Shown here piece after piece: positions 12,389-24,492 of a DNA stretch of 64,000 nucleotides (within the stretch, counting starts at the first letter, position 1; every line of letters starts with the position of its first letter). The DNA comes from Macrostomum hystrix (lineage: Eukaryota; Animalia; Platyhelminthes). The position numbers and the translations under genes were made by a program. Where the stretch lies: NCBI GenBank assembly GCA_950097015.1, contig CATNEN010000038.1, positions 5,704,001 to 5,768,000 of the forward strand. The letters run 5' to 3'. Below the pieces are notes generated by a model. That model had not been told where the DNA came from. It searched no databases and was given only the letters and a program-made list of their open reading frames with translations.

Positions 12389-14395
12389 ATGGCCAACAGA
12401 CCGCCTAATTGTGACGAGAACATCAAGACCTACAAACTGGTGGTTGTTGGCAACGGCGGTGTCGGCAAGAGCGCTTTAACTATCCAGTTCTTTCAGAAAA
12501 TGTTTGTGCAAGACTACGACCCCACTATTGAGGATTCGTACATTCAATACAAGATGATTGGAACCGATTGGTATCTGTTGGATGTGCTGGACACTGCCGG
12601 TGAGTGTCTGTAGTAATCCTAGACTCCTGACTGTCTATCTCCATATTAGCCTTGAATACTGAATCCTTCCCAACGCCCCGCCGCAGGCCAGGAGGAGTTC
12701 TCGGCCATGCGTGAGCAGTACATGCGCAAGGGTGACGGTTTCCTACTGGTCTATTCCGTCACCGATTACAAAAGCTTTGAGGATGTGCGCCACTTTCACA
12801 CCCAGATACTGCGCGTCAAGGACAGGGAACATTATCCCATGATTCTGGTTGCTAACAAAGTTGATCTGGTCCACTCTCGCCGGGTCTTCGAAGAGGAGGG
12901 AAAACAATTGGCTAATCAGCTGAAGGTGGGTGAAAATCTATTTGAGCAGTGTGCTCAACTCATTGGATGTGTGAAATTACACAGGCTAGGTACTCAGCCA
13001 AATTTGCCTTGTTAAAGATCAGACAGAGCTAGTGCTGTGAAGGTGGGTAATGATCAGACAGCTAGTGCTGTGCAGGTGGGTAATGATCAGCTGCTAGTGC
13101 TGTGCAGGTGGGTAATGATCAGACAGCTAGTGCTGTGCAGGTGGGTAATGATCAGCTGCTAGTGCTGTGCAGGTGAGTAATGATCAGACAGTTAGTGCTG
13201 TGCAGGTGGGTAATGATCAGCTGCTAGTGCTGTGCAGGTGGGTAATGATCAGCTGCTAGTGCTGTGCAGGTGGGTAATGATCAGCTGCTAGTGCTGTGCA
13301 GGTGAGTAATCATCAGCTGCTAGTGCTGTGCAGGTGGGTAATGATCAGCTGCTACTGCTGTGCAGGTGGGTAATGATCAGACAGAGCTAGTGCTGTGCAG
13401 GTGGGTAATGATCAGCTGCTAGTGCTGTGCAGGTGGGTAATGATCAGACAGCTAGTGCTGTGCAGGTGGGTAATGATCAGCTGCTACTGCTGTGCAGGTG
13501 GGTAATGATCAGACAGAGCTAGTGCTGTGCAGGTGGGTAATGATCAGACAGAGCTAGTGCTGTGCAGGTGGGTAATGATCAGACAGAGCTAGTGCTGTGC
13601 AAGTGGGTAATGATCAGACAGCTAGTGCTGTGCAGGTGGGTAATGATCAGCTGCTAATGCTTTGCAAGTGGGTAATGAACAGCTGCTAGTGCTGTGAAGG
13701 TGGGTAATGATCAGACAGAGCTAGTGCTGTGCAGGTGGGTAATGATCAGCTGCTACTGCTGTGCAGGTGGGTAATGACCTAAATCAACTTGTATCTGTAG
13801 ATCCAAGGTGGGTAATGACCTAAATCAACTTGTATCTGTAGATCCAAGGTGGGTAATGACCTAAATCAACTTGTATCTGTAGATCCAAGGTGGGTAATGA
13901 CCTAAATCAACTTGTATCTGTAGATCCAAGGTGGGTAATGACCTAAATCAACTTGTATCTGTAGATCCAAGGTGGGTAATGACCTAAATCAACTTGTATC
14001 TGTAGATCCAAGGTGGGTAATGACCTAAATCAACTTGTATCTGTAGATCCAAGGTGGGTAATGACCTAAATCAACTTGTATCTGTAGATCCAAGGTGGGT
14101 AATGACCTAAATCAACTTGTATCTGTAGATCCAAGGTGGGTAATGACCTAAATCAACTTGTATCTGTAGATCCAAGGTGGGTAATGACCTAAATCAACTT
14201 GTATCTGTAGATCCAAGGTGGGTAATGACCTAAATCAACTTGTATCTGTAGATCCAGTACATCGAGACCAGCGCCAAGGACCCGCCATTCAACGTTGACG
14301 AAGCGTTCCACTCGGTGGTGCAGGCTATTCGAATGCAGCCAGCCGAGGAGCCGCCAGCGCCACCGAAGCCCAAGAAGAAGTGCCGACTGATGTGA
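12389..14395 (+). CDS. MRAS: Ras-related protein M-Ras, 3 coding exons (12389-12599, 12687-12925, 14252-14395), 197 aa
   Basis: [36 protein letters not shown]|[39 protein letters not shown] (M-Ras-like DPP), C-terminal KKK-CRLM CAAX. GT-AG junctions keep the frame. Confidence 0.95.
13020..13775. repeat. ~32-36 bp intronic minisatellite (GCTAGTGCTGTGCAGGTGGGTAATGATCAGCT)n
   Basis: Tandem array in M-Ras intron 2; most units contain CAG|GTGGGT. Confidence 0.95.
13765..14256. repeat. 41-bp tandem repeat, 12 copies (AAGGTGGGTAATGACCTAAATCAACTTGTATCTGTAGATCC)
   Basis: GACCTAAATC recurs every 41 bp from 13776 to 14227; the last copy contains the real acceptor of M-Ras exon 3. Confidence 0.95.
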
Positions 14396-15737
14396 ATACC
14401 TGGGCTGCTTTGCTGACTGTTCGGTAGGCAATGCTTTTACATTTGAGGGCCTCAAGTTTTTGTTATGTCTAGTCGCACAAACTGTTTTAGTAAGTATTTG
14501 GCAATTTTTTACAGAAAACACGATCATGTGGTGTTTAGTGATGTTGATCATAATAACTGGCAATTGTAATCGTTTAAATATCTCCCTTCTACCTTTTTTA
14601 ACGAAATCCCAGTTTCCTAAAATCGCCAAATCCCGAAGTCGAGGTATCTTTTCTAAAATATCAATATCTCACAATCAGAATTTCCTAATATCTCTTTTCC
14701 GCCAAAAATTATTTCCTTAAATCCCAATTTTCCCAATTACCCTCCCGACGTCCCTATTTCCAGGAAATTCCTTTTCCCTGAGGCCCTGTTCCAGAAAAGC
14801 AATATTCGTAAAAGGTGCAACTCATTAAAAATTATTTTTTCCAAACTAAACGTGTAAAAAAACTTTGTTTTTGGACGAAACATTTTTTAAGTGTTTTGTC
14901 AGTTTTTTTTACTTAGAGCTTGTGGTATACTTGTGTGATCATTGACTTTTTTCAGAGTGCAGTAAAATAGTTTACGGATTAAATTTGCATCCCTTGTTGT
15001 TTTCATTGTTTCTAGTCTACGTCTAATGTTCTCCCTATATTTTTTATTGAGAATATTTTACAAGTTTCTAATAGACTTTCTGTTTACAAATAATTCGATT
15101 CTCGCAGTCAGAATATGTTGTTAAGCTGGCAACTCTCCGTATTAAAAAACGGGCTTTTGGCCAGTTTCAAGTTTTATCCTCTCAATTGCATTCAAACAAA
15201 ACAAAAAAGCAATCTAGTGGGTTCCATTCAAGCTTTTTGCCACGTTTCTATTCACAGCTTTAAATTCAAATTCGCGCCATTTTAAGTCTATAAATTTAAC
15301 AAAACATTCGTATTTTATTCCATTGTTGTGTCTTTTCAAATGTTTTTATTTTGTGACAAGTTTGTTTGCATAGACACTTTCCTATAGATTTATTTGCATT
15401 GATTTTTGCCTATATATAAAAATCGTTTTTCGAACCCAACAAGAATCTCACTTTCGTGTTTTAAAGTGAATCTCTAAATTACAGTTTTTTGTAACGTTGT
15501 TCCAAAGCTATTGTTCCTATGTGTTGTGTGAGATCCATGCAATCGTTATATACTTATTTGTGTGGAAAATTTGTTTGAAACTCAACCATTCCTCAATTTG
15601 TTTATTCATTGTGAACATATTTATTTCTTCTTTTTGAAGAGTGTAATATTTTATTCCTAATAAACAGCCGACGTTCATTTAGAAAAATCCATATCCAGAG
15701 ATCTGCAAGTGCGTGCCATAGAACCATAGTACCGAAT

Positions 15738-16280
15738 CCTAGATCCAGAGTTCCAATTCCTAGATCCAGAATTCCCAATCCTAGATTCAGAATTCCAATT
15801 CCTAGATTTAGAAATCCATTTCCTAGATCCAGAATTCCCAGTCCTAGATCCAGAATTCCCAATCCTAGATCCAGAATTCCAATTCCTAGATCCAGAATTC
15901 CAATTCCTAGATTCAGAATTCCCAATCCTAGATCCAGAATTCCAATTCCTAGATCCAGAATTCCAATTCCTAGATTCAGAATTCCCAATCCTAGATCCAG
16001 AATTCCCAATCCTAGATCCAAAATTCCAATCCTAGATCCAGAGTTCCAATTCCTAGATCGAGAATTCCCAATCCTAGATCCAGAATTCCCAGTCCTAGAT
16101 CCAGAATTCCCAGTCCAAGATCGAGAATTCCCAATCCTAGATTCAGAATTCCCAATCCTAGATCCAGAATTCCCAGTCCTAGATCCAGAATTCCCAGTCC
16201 TAGATCCAGAATTCCCAGTCCTAGATCCAGAATTCCCAGTCCTAGATCCAGAATTCCCAGTCCTAGATCCAGAATTCCAA
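15738..16280. repeat. ~21-bp minisatellite (CCTAGATCCAGAATTCCCAAT)n
   Basis: Tandem array between M-Ras and TM2D3. Confidence 0.95.
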
Positions 16281-16350
16281 TGCCATAAATTGTATTTTGA
16301 ATTAATAGCTAAGAAAGGCACACGACTATTTACAATTCCACGGCTTTCAG

Positions 16351-18289
16351 GCGGCCTCAACGTCTGTTTTGCGGCCGTTGCGGCTGCAGCTTTTGAGATT
16401 GTTGCAATTTTTGCCACTTCTGTTGCTTGTGATGCAATGTCTTTTTGCTTCTACCACAGGCGATTCAGAAACTACACTTCCGGACCAGTGCATGCAGGTA
16501 AAATGCGTCAAGCCTGTTCGCGCTTTCCTGGGAAAACTTGTTGGATTTTTTTAAACCTTAGACATCCCAGATGCATTTTATAAATCCCCTAATCATAGCC
16601 ATGAAATCCCCTAATCATGGCCTTTAAATCCCCTAATCATAGCCCTGAAATCCCCTAATCATGGCCCTGAAATGTCTGATCATCACCCTGACATCCCCTG
16701 ATCATCGCCCTGACATCCCCTGATCATCGCCCTGACATCCCATGATCATCGCCCTGACATCCCCTGATCATCACCCTGACATCCCCTGATCATCGCCCTG
16801 ACATCCCCTGATCATCGCCCTGACATCCCCTGATCATCGCCCTGACATCCCCTGATCATCGCCCTGACATCCCCTGATCATCGCCCTGACATCCCCTGAT
16901 CACTGCTTCTTCGCAGTCGCTGATCGCCGCCGTCCCGGCCTGCGACGAGCTGCCCTTCGCCTGCCTGTCCTGCCGCGCCAACGCCACCGCCGGCTGCCGC
17001 ATCGGCGCCTCCGTGCCGAATGTGCCCTGCGAGCCGCTGGCTGGCGTGAACTGCTCCGGCGATCGGCTCCGGCCAGTCCTTCGCACCGTGACATGCCTGT
17101 ACTGCCACCAGCTGCCGCAGGCTAACTTCACCTGCGAGCGGCGCGCAGCCTGCAAGGTGAGCTGCGGGTTCTGATATTTCACCTGGTTTTAAACTCACCT
17201 TTCACCCTGCACATTCTTCCAGTTTTCATTTATCCAGTTACTTCCCGAACAGCAAAGACAATAGGGTACTTTAAATACAGACTTCCAGAATCCAGAACTT
17301 CCAGAATCACAAAGCATGGGCATCGTCGAGATATTCAACGATTATCGTCGGGGTGTTTGATGGCAAAAAGCACCAATAAGGGCAGAGTTTTCTGCTCACA
17401 AAATTTCATTATTGGTTATATTGCATTGCTTGTACTGTTAACTGATTATCATATTAAACAAATATGGATTCGCCGTGCAGAGCAATGTTAGTTGTCCTTG
17501 TCACCTGGGATTTCGACATGAATCTCGCTGACTATCTAGACGATGCTGACGTTGGATAGCATTGAAAGTTAGTTCATTCATGAAAAATGTTGATCTATGT
17601 TACGAAAATATGTCATTCGGTTTGGGAGCGATCGTGAAATAGGCAGCGGGTATCTGAAATATCCCTTGGTTCTTAAAATGGGGAATATAGCGTGGTCTAC
17701 TGGAAATCAACTTATTTTTTTAATCCTATTAATCCTTAATCCATTTGATATCTTAATCATGTTATTTTCTTAATCCAGTTGTTTCATTAATCCAGTTTAT
17801 CCTTAATCCATTTTATCCTTAATTCTGTCATTTCCAGAAGATTCTCTGATGTACTTTTTATGTCTAAAGTTAAAGTACAGCCAGTCAATGATACTGGATG
17901 AGACTTTAATCATAATATTAATGGCTGACCTTTGAAGCCATTCTGATTCTCACATTTTCCCATATTCCACCCCCCAGGTGCGTGACCCGGTGTTCCGTCA
18001 CTACGAGACCAACTGCACCGCGGCACCAAATGTCAGCTGTTTGGGGCGTCGCTCGTTTCGCCGCATGCTCCGCTGCGATTGGTCAGGCGGCTACAAATGG
18101 TCGGTGAGCATGTGGTGCACCACCCTGCTAGGCGGCTTCGGCCTAGACAGATTCTACCTTGGCCAATGGCGCGAAGGACTGGGCAAATTGTTCAGCTTTG
18201 GCGGCTTCGGCGTCTGGTCGCTTGTTGACGCCATCTTGATTGCTGTTGGCTACATCAGCCCCATCGATGAGTCTGTCTATGCGCCCTAG
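16351..18289 (+). CDS. TM2D3: TM2 domain-containing protein 3 (almondex orthologue); exons 16351-16497, 16917-17156, 17978-18289; no genomic ATG ahead of the signal peptide
   Basis: Exon 1 encodes a signal peptide (RLQLLRLLQFLPLLLLVMQCLFAS). Exon 2 is Cys-rich (CDELPFACLSC...VTCLYCHQLP). Exon 3 has CLGRRSFRRMLRCDWSGGYKWS...GGFGLDRFYLGQWREGLGKLFSFGG, matching TM2D3. Both introns are phase 0. Confidence 0.92.
16582..16901. repeat. 22-bp intronic minisatellite (GACATCCCCTGATCATCGCCCT)n and a related AAATCCCCTAATCAT variant
   Basis: Tandem array in TM2D3 intron 1. Confidence 0.93.
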
Positions 18290-18309
18290 ACTGATTTCGG
18301 ATGAGCTCG

Positions 18310-18858
18310 ACTCAGCTCATGGTTCAACCTCCCACTCAGATAGGTCAAGTTCCTACTCAGATGGGTCAACCTCCCACTCAGATAGGTCAAGTTCCTACTC
18401 AGATGGGTCAAGCTCCTACTCAGATGGGTCAAGCTCCTACTCAGATGGGTCAAGCTCCTACTCAGATGGGTCAACCTCCTACTCGGATGGGTCAAGTTCC
18501 TTCTCAGATGGGTCAAGCTCCTACTCAGATAGGTCAAGTTCCTACTCAGATGAGTCAACCTCCTACTCTGATAGGTCAAGCTCCTACTCAGATGGGTCAA
18601 GCTCCTACTCAGATGAGTCAACCTCCTACTCAGATAGGTCAAGCTCCTACTCAGATGGGTCAAGCTCCTACTCAGATGGTCAACCTCCTACTCGGATAGG
18701 TCAAGCTCCTACTCAGATGGGTCAAGTTCCTTCTCAGATGGGTCAAGCTCCTACTCAGATAGGTCAAGCTCCTACTCAGATGGGTTAATATCCTACTCAG
18801 ATGGGTCAACCTCCCACTCAGGTGGGTCAACCTCCCACTCAGGTGGGTCAAGCTCCTT
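18310..18858. repeat. 21-bp minisatellite (CTCAGATGGGTCAAGCTCCTA)n in the TM2D3 3' region
   Basis: Tandem array starting about 20 bp after the TM2D3 stop codon. Confidence 0.95.
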
Positions 18859-19825
18859 CAGGCTTAATTAGTCTATTTATCAGTTACCTGCTTATGTTCG
18901 GCAATTCGGCAATCTATCTAATCTGTGCCAGATTTAATTAAACCCTATTTTATCAAAATTACCTTGTGTTTTCTATTGTACTCAAAATGTCGTGACTCGT
19001 CTTTTCACTGTCTCTGCGTATTGCATTTGCATTTGCATATTGCAGGTGAATATCCCACTATTTAAGGTTATTTATTCACTGTTTGGCTTGCACATTAATC
19101 ACAGTTGTAGCTAGTTCGATTCACGTTCGCAAAAATGACAGTACTTATTTAAATATAAACTATGCTGTATGCATTGTAGACCTATTTTATCAATTGTCTG
19201 GCGCAGACGCGTTCTGATTTATAACTAGCGATAAAAGTTCTTCTAGTTCAATTTCATACTTCTGCTCATATTTAGTTTGTTCACAATTCTGGCGCACGTG
19301 AAGTTTAACTTGGATAAAAAGGTCTGTCACGTGACAGCTGTGAGCCAATAGCGATAAACCTGCAACGGCAGCCAATCAAACAAGCGTTTTCCACTGTTGA
19401 GCTTTTGATGAGGCAAGTGATCACAGACCTTCTAAGCTTTCTCTGGTCTCATAAAAAATAGGATTTGTAAGGGCCATCACTGGAGCCACGCTCTGAGCAG
19501 CACTTGACTACAATTTAAGGGCGTACTCACGTATCTAGGCTCGCTAGACCAGTCTTGAGAACTACTTCAGAAAGCGTGTGCGTCAGCTGTTTCTGATGCG
19601 TCGAACGTCAAGCGGATGTCTGGCTGTTGATTCTATCGCAATCGGTGAGTTTTTGTTTCAATCGCATTCGTATTGTTTCACTTTTTGATCGCTGTTTAAG
19701 AGCAATCGACAATAATCCACCAATGGCTTTGTTTTTTCCATCTTGCATTGGCCATTTGACTTACAGCATAAATATGTGTGCAGCAGAGGCATTCCTTCAA
19801 CACGCGGCATCGACTTGCAAACCGA

Positions 19826-20545
19826 ATGTCGTTTTTAATTCTCGCTGTTCTGTTCGCAGCATTTGCCACGGTGGCAGCCTCTAGCAGGCCGTGTCCCAGT
19901 CCTTACTTTCGTGTCAGCGACAGCGGCGCCTGCGTCTACTACAGCGAAACGGACTCGACCGACTGGTGCCAGGCGGCGGGCCGCTGTCTCGACTTGGCCG
20001 GCGAGTTGGTAATCGATTTAAGTATCGCGCGCGACGTTGCCGACAGCTTGAATGCCAACGCCAGTCTGATGTGGATCGGCGGCTCGGATCTGCTGGTTGA
20101 GCGCGGCCGGAACCGCACCGGCTGGCGCTGGAGCAACGGCTCGCAGCTGGTGGCCTCAGCGGCTGACTGGAGCCCCGGATCGCCGGATAATTCCGCCGAA
20201 TCTGACGACTACCTGGCTGTCGGCTCCACTGGTATTGATGATGCTCGCTTCGAAAACCGCTTGGCCTTTGTCTGCCAGCCGCTGGTGACGCCGAACAGCG
20301 GCAAGTTCAAGCGCGCCAGATTCCTACGATTGGGGAACATCAGCCCCAACTACTGCTACACCGACCAGCTGAATGTGAAGCGTGAAACTGAGTGCGTGAT
20401 TCGCTGCGCTGACAGGTGGCAGTGCCGAGCTCTTATCTATAACTCTGTGGAAATGCGGTGCAGGATGCTGGAATTCTCCGATGTTAGCGTTGGAAATGCC
20501 ATCGAGATGGACCCTAATTGGACAAAGCTGGTTAAAGTTTACTAG
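19826..20545 (+). CDS. Secreted C-type lectin domain + PAN/Apple domain protein, single exon, 239 aa
   Basis: ATG at 19826 and signal peptide MSFLILAVLFAAFATVAAS. CTLD motifs CPSPY..CVYY, WCQAAGRC, MWIGGSD, WRWSNG, WSPGSPDN, FVCQ. C-terminal ECVIRCADRWQCRALIYNSVEMRCRML is PAN/Apple-like. Confidence 0.85.
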   Translation: MSFLILAVLFAAFATVAASSRPCPSPYFRVSDSGACVYYSETDSTDWCQAAGRCLDLAGELVIDLSIARDVADSLNANASLMWIGGSDLLVERGRNRTGWRWSNGSQLVASAADWSPGSPDNSAESDDYLAVGSTGIDDARFENRLAFVCQPLVTPNSGKFKRARFLRLGNISPNYCYTDQLNVKRETECVIRCADRWQCRALIYNSVEMRCRMLEFSDVSVGNAIEMDPNWTKLVKVY

Positions 20546-22760
20546 AAAAAACATTCTACTACACACACTACAGAGTTGCAACAGTTATATAGAATTCGCA
20601 AAAATTTCTGACAAAATAACGCTATTTAATTTTTACTTGCATCGTAAACTTTGGATGAAGAATTAAGAAATGGCTGCTTAAGAAATACTATAACACGGCT
20701 GCTTCGAATTACGATCGCAAAATCGCCATTGAAAAATCGATACATCAAAATAGGTAACTCTAAATTTTAACGCGTATGCATACACGTCATACAGGTAGAC
20801 GATCATACACGATCATCAAGGAATCGAACAAATTAAAGTTCTTATTATAGAATTACAATAGACATCATAAAATATACTAGTACGATGTATATTGAAAAAA
20901 ATTCTTTCACAGTTAGAATACAGCAATATAAATTTAATAACATTTATATTTCATTACAATCAGTTTATTTTAAAACGGCGAAACTATCGACTACTGTTCT
21001 TGTCTTAGGCGAAAGAAAGTATGATTTGTTGTTAAAATATACACATTTTGCTTGGCACAGAAAATTTATCTTGCAACAGAAATAGATAAAAAATATGTTT
21101 CAAATGTATATAGTTGTTCTTTACCAGAAGTTTATAACGGCGAAAGCTTTCGTATAAATCTCTTATCGTATTGGCTTATAAACCGCTCATATTTATAAAC
21201 CCGTTATAAGCCGAAGTTGGATTTTTTATCGACCAGACCAAGTTATAAGTAACATCGATGCTTGAAACAATTAGTGGCGAATAGAGTTACATCGAGGTCT
21301 AGTAGAAAAGTACTTTTATATTTGTGGCGAACGAGTTTTATAAAAATGTGATTATAGCGAGTCGCTGATTATAGCGAGTCGCGACTCGCTAGTGAAACTC
21401 GAGTGTGTTATACTATCAAAAAGCAGGACGTAGAGTAAAAATGGTAATAGAAAGCAGGCATTATACAGCTTCAAACATACAAACTATAACAAAAAAGTTA
21501 CACATGTTAAGTAAGACAATCTAATGATATGGCCTCAATTCTGTGAAGCAGTTTGTTTTTGTTTTACTCTGTAATCCAAGAATCAAAAGCAGTTTACCGC
21601 CTATTCAGAAATGTTACACAACGACACTTCTTACAACAATCCTTCAAGAGTTGAACGCGTTTCAAGCTTCTATACAAGCTTCAAGCTTCTATTTTACTAC
21701 AATGTTCAAAGATTCTACATGCATGTGCCATTACTATTTTGATTTTAAAATAAATGATTTGTTTAGTTTTTTATTTAGTAGATTATATTTATTTGATTCT
21801 ATTGCCAATAACTTTAGTAAAATGGCTAGCATAAATTTGCCAACGTAATATTTATTACATTAAATATTTGGCAATTACAGACATAAAAAACAAAAACTAT
21901 AATTATAAATATAATACAGTAGATAAAAATCATGCAAATGTTAGACATCTTGCAGTTCCGCATGTTTAATTTTTTAATTTTAAACTATTTCAGATGGCAA
22001 CATAACAATGGAATGCAATGCAATGCAACAGGAAACAACAAGAGACAGTCAGACACATGCTGGAAACCTCAGAGTCAGAGTCAGAGACTAGCAAAGCTGC
22101 ACCAATTACACGGGGTAGTACGGTAATGTATCATCAACTGAACAGTGTATCTTCAAAACCGAACAAGAATTTTGACTCCTTCCTTGGTCTCGTGCAAGAC
22201 AGAAACAAGCTATTGTGTTTCACAGAACAACTAATTTGAAAGTTGAAGAAATTATCTACAAGCTGAGGCTTGATGTGCAATGAAGCATTAAGAGGAAAGA
22301 AAGATATTGATGTTTCAGTAGAAATTTTTATTGCAAAAGCATACTTTTTAACAACATTTTTTCAGTATGTACTTTAGACGAAGATTGTATGTGGTTGCTT
22401 GCCAATTAAATGACCATAGATTTAGTTATTTATAGAGCATGAAAAATGCTTTCAAATGACATAATTTATGATAGTTCACTCCTTAAAATAAGATTAAACC
22501 ACTCACTCAAATTGTAAAACCAAACCTCAAATTCTCTGTTCGGTTTGAAGATACATGAAAATCATTGTTCGGTTTTAGATAAAAAGCAGGAATAACTTTT
22601 TTCTATTAGACAAAATGGCAAAAGCAGATACTTTTTAGAAAGATGTAACTGTTTTCTATAACTTGGCTTTTGATTTATCATGATATCTTAAATAGAAAAT
22701 CTGTAGCTTAGGTTTGAAGTAAAAAAATATATATTCTTGTTTGGTTGATGATACATTACC

Positions 22761-23710
22761 CTAGTGAGCCACCCAGAATAGAAGATTCCCGAAGATCTTC
22801 CACTGGAAGCACTGGCGCCAAAGAAACTCTTCTAGGTGTGTTTCTAATAGTGCCTTTGATGTTCCGTGCATGGACCACAGTCTGGCCTTGACATGGGCCC
22901 ATGTGCCTTCAATGGTGTTAGTATGGACCATTGGATTGTTGGGGTCCATGAAGTTGAGCCGGTGATTGACAGTCACATGGTTGGCCAGCTGGTTATAGGC
23001 CCCTAGGCTTGCCACTGGTCCATGATGATTCAATTGCCAGGAAGCACATTACAGGCAATGATTGGCAGAAGAGTTGCCGCTGACCTGTCCGGAACAGCCA
23101 CCATCATGCAGCAGTTGGAACCACGCTTGATCATCCCAAGTGCCCTCTGTCCAGGGCAAAAGGCTCCCTGATGATACTTCTGGTGGAAGAAGTAGCTCTC
23201 ATCCACCTCGATGTCGACACCATTGCCGCCAAGCTGCACAGGGTGGTCTTGCAGGAACTGACTGCAGATGTCCCTGATTAAATTTTGCCAGTCAACAATG
23301 GTACGCTCGGCAATGTGGCATTGGTGCTGCACCTTGGCCTGCTTGGCACCTGTGGCCCACCAGTAGATCAGGTCAAGTCAGCATCAGATGGGTTACCTCA
23401 AAGAAGGAACCCTTACAGACTGAAGCCTGCAGTTGGCATTGGGGACAGGCCCACACACAGTCATCAACTAAGTGGTCTCCCCCATGACGTTGAAGATGCA
23501 TTGATGGATGACTGGGACAACTGTCACTTGCCAGAAGTTCATTTGCCAGAAGCCGATACTTGGCCAGCCACTTGTTGGTCTCCATTGGATTTGCTGTCAT
23601 TGCACCCCATTCACACATCGTAGGGTCCAAGTTGCACAATTCCGTAGGCTGTCAAAGTTCACCAGGTGGTACAATGGTTGTTGGAGCTGGTGGACATCCT
23701 GGTTGGCAAT
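22761..23710 (-). mobile_element. Degenerate Merlin (ISXO2/IS1595-like DDE) transposase
   Basis: Frameshifted minus-strand pieces: CPSHPSM..CVWACPQC (Zn ribbon), LGGNGVDIEVDESYF, VAVPDRSAATLLPII, HVTVNHRLNFMDP..VHTNTIEGTWAHVK, LEEFLWR. TIRs not identified. Confidence 0.85.
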
Positions 23711-24208
23711 TTGATATTAAGTTTTCAAACTGAAGTTATTCTGAAGTTATGAAATTGACTAAATATGATAAATTAATTTAAATACAATTGAAATTAAAAA
23801 TAGTTAAACATGCAGAACTGCAAAATCGCCAAAAATTTAAATATACATTTAAATATTGTCTTGACAAAGTATTATTATATCTCTAGCATGTACTTGTCTT
23901 TTTAGATTGTCTTACTAAATTCCTGGCATGTACACCTAGTGCTCAATGTGGGTGTAATACATGTGTAACATAAAAACAACAAGTAAGTATGGTTGTTGAC
24001 AAGAGAAAATTGACTTTGCTTTATAGCCTATATAATGGGCTTATAAGCTATAGATATTTAATCTTTATAATTGAAGATTGAATTATATAATTGAAGATAT
24101 TTTGTCACAATAACTTTTTCACTTTCAATATATTATGTAGAAGCAGCACTTTGGCACTCATTCTACCATTTATTTTTTCTGACATGTAGGCCTATGTAAC
24201 ATAATCTG

Positions 24209-24459
24209 TGTGGAGTCGGACTCCAAATAAGAAAGCTGAACAGTGTGTGTCCGTGAGAAGCCTCGTAGTGGCTAAGCTTCGCTTGCCGTGATTCACCGCG
24301 GCCATGCGGCCACTATATTTACCTTGCTCCCGGGAGGGGAGACTTCCCAACATGCCTCCGCCTGTTTGGGGGTGGGGAGAGAAAGATAGCGTACTGTACT
24401 CTGGGTACGGGCAGACAAGGGTTCGGAGCGCACACAAAGAGTTCGAAGCAAACACTACA
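24209..24459 (-). repeat. 3' LTR
   Basis: Identical by eye to 28453-28703. Confidence 0.97.
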
Positions 24460-24492
24460 GTTTTCCCCCTCCCGCAAGAATGGCTGCAGTTT

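Noticed and set aside
13765-14256. CRISPR-like regular repeats, here and in other arrays
   Set aside because: Head-to-tail units with no unique spacers, no cas genes, eukaryotic context.
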